Positions 63,601 through 64,000 of a DNA stretch of 64,000 bases are shown piece by piece; the stretch's first letter is position 1, and every line of letters starts with the position of its first letter. The notes under the pieces are model-generated. The model saw nothing but the letters and a program-made list of their open reading frames with translations, ran no database searches and was not told the DNA's origin. The stretch is from assembly GCA_036172245.1 (NCBI GenBank), contig JAYWIR010000019.1:2790001-2854000 (forward strand), in the 5' to 3' direction. A program made the translations under genes and the position numbers. Source of the DNA: Raillietiella orientalis (taxonomy: Eukaryota).

Positions 63601-64000
63601 CCATTCTGTTTTGCGCCGTTTTCTCTTGCTTCCTTGTATTTCCCGTTTTTTGCCTCTCCTCCCATCTCTAGAACTTCGGCTGAATTCCAGCCAGGCGATT
63701 TCGAAGCAGTGATGTGGGAGCTTCGGCACGGTTCGTTCCTCATTAGGGTATCGCTGCCCTTTTGCGATCAGGGGGGCACACCCATGGACACCGAGGGACG
63801 CGTCCGTTCGATGCGGCTTGAGTGATCGGAACTTGAGTGGTCAACCGGCGTCCTTTCGGACGCCGGTTGATCCTGCCCGCTCTGAAGGGAGGAGATGCTC
63901 TGCCGACAGGTTTGAGCATCGTGGCCTCATTTTTCCGACTTACCTATTTCCTCTTTCCTTCCTCCTTTTCCTCTTTCCTTCCTTTTCCCCCAAATACGCA

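Noticed and set aside
1..64000. CRISPR array or prokaryotic operon
   Set aside because: There are no regularly spaced repeat-spacer units and no dense intact genes; the sequence is spliced eukaryotic DNA.

Overview
This is eukaryotic (invertebrate animal) genomic DNA: it has GT-AG introns, AATAAA signals, microsatellites and a protostome-type 28S rRNA fragment. The one gene I recognise confidently is a + strand klarsicht-like KASH-domain nuclear-envelope gene. Its exons are supported from 9073 to the stop at 30343 and can be joined in compatible phase; there is a ~14.3 kb intron at 13689-28035, and the 5' exons are unresolved. Most long ORFs in the GC-rich first 13 kb are probably compositional artefacts. 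From ~31 kb to the end the window is a patchwork of four things: (1) densely packed, frameshifted or stop-interrupted reading frames on both strands that I cannot assign to a family; (2) a near-identical 1.2 kb duplication; (3) a diverged 0.5-0.7 kb repeat family plus a ~200 bp hairpin-rich element with an A-rich tail; and (4) a 680 bp 28S rRNA pseudogene fragment with an apparent target-site duplication. The best candidate for something undescribed is the cassette-like layout of the right half, where decayed ORFs are bounded by recurrent GTTTATTT..AAATAAAC palindromes and a shared common region. That is a hypothesis. All alignments and family assignments were done by eye or from memory, with no database searches.
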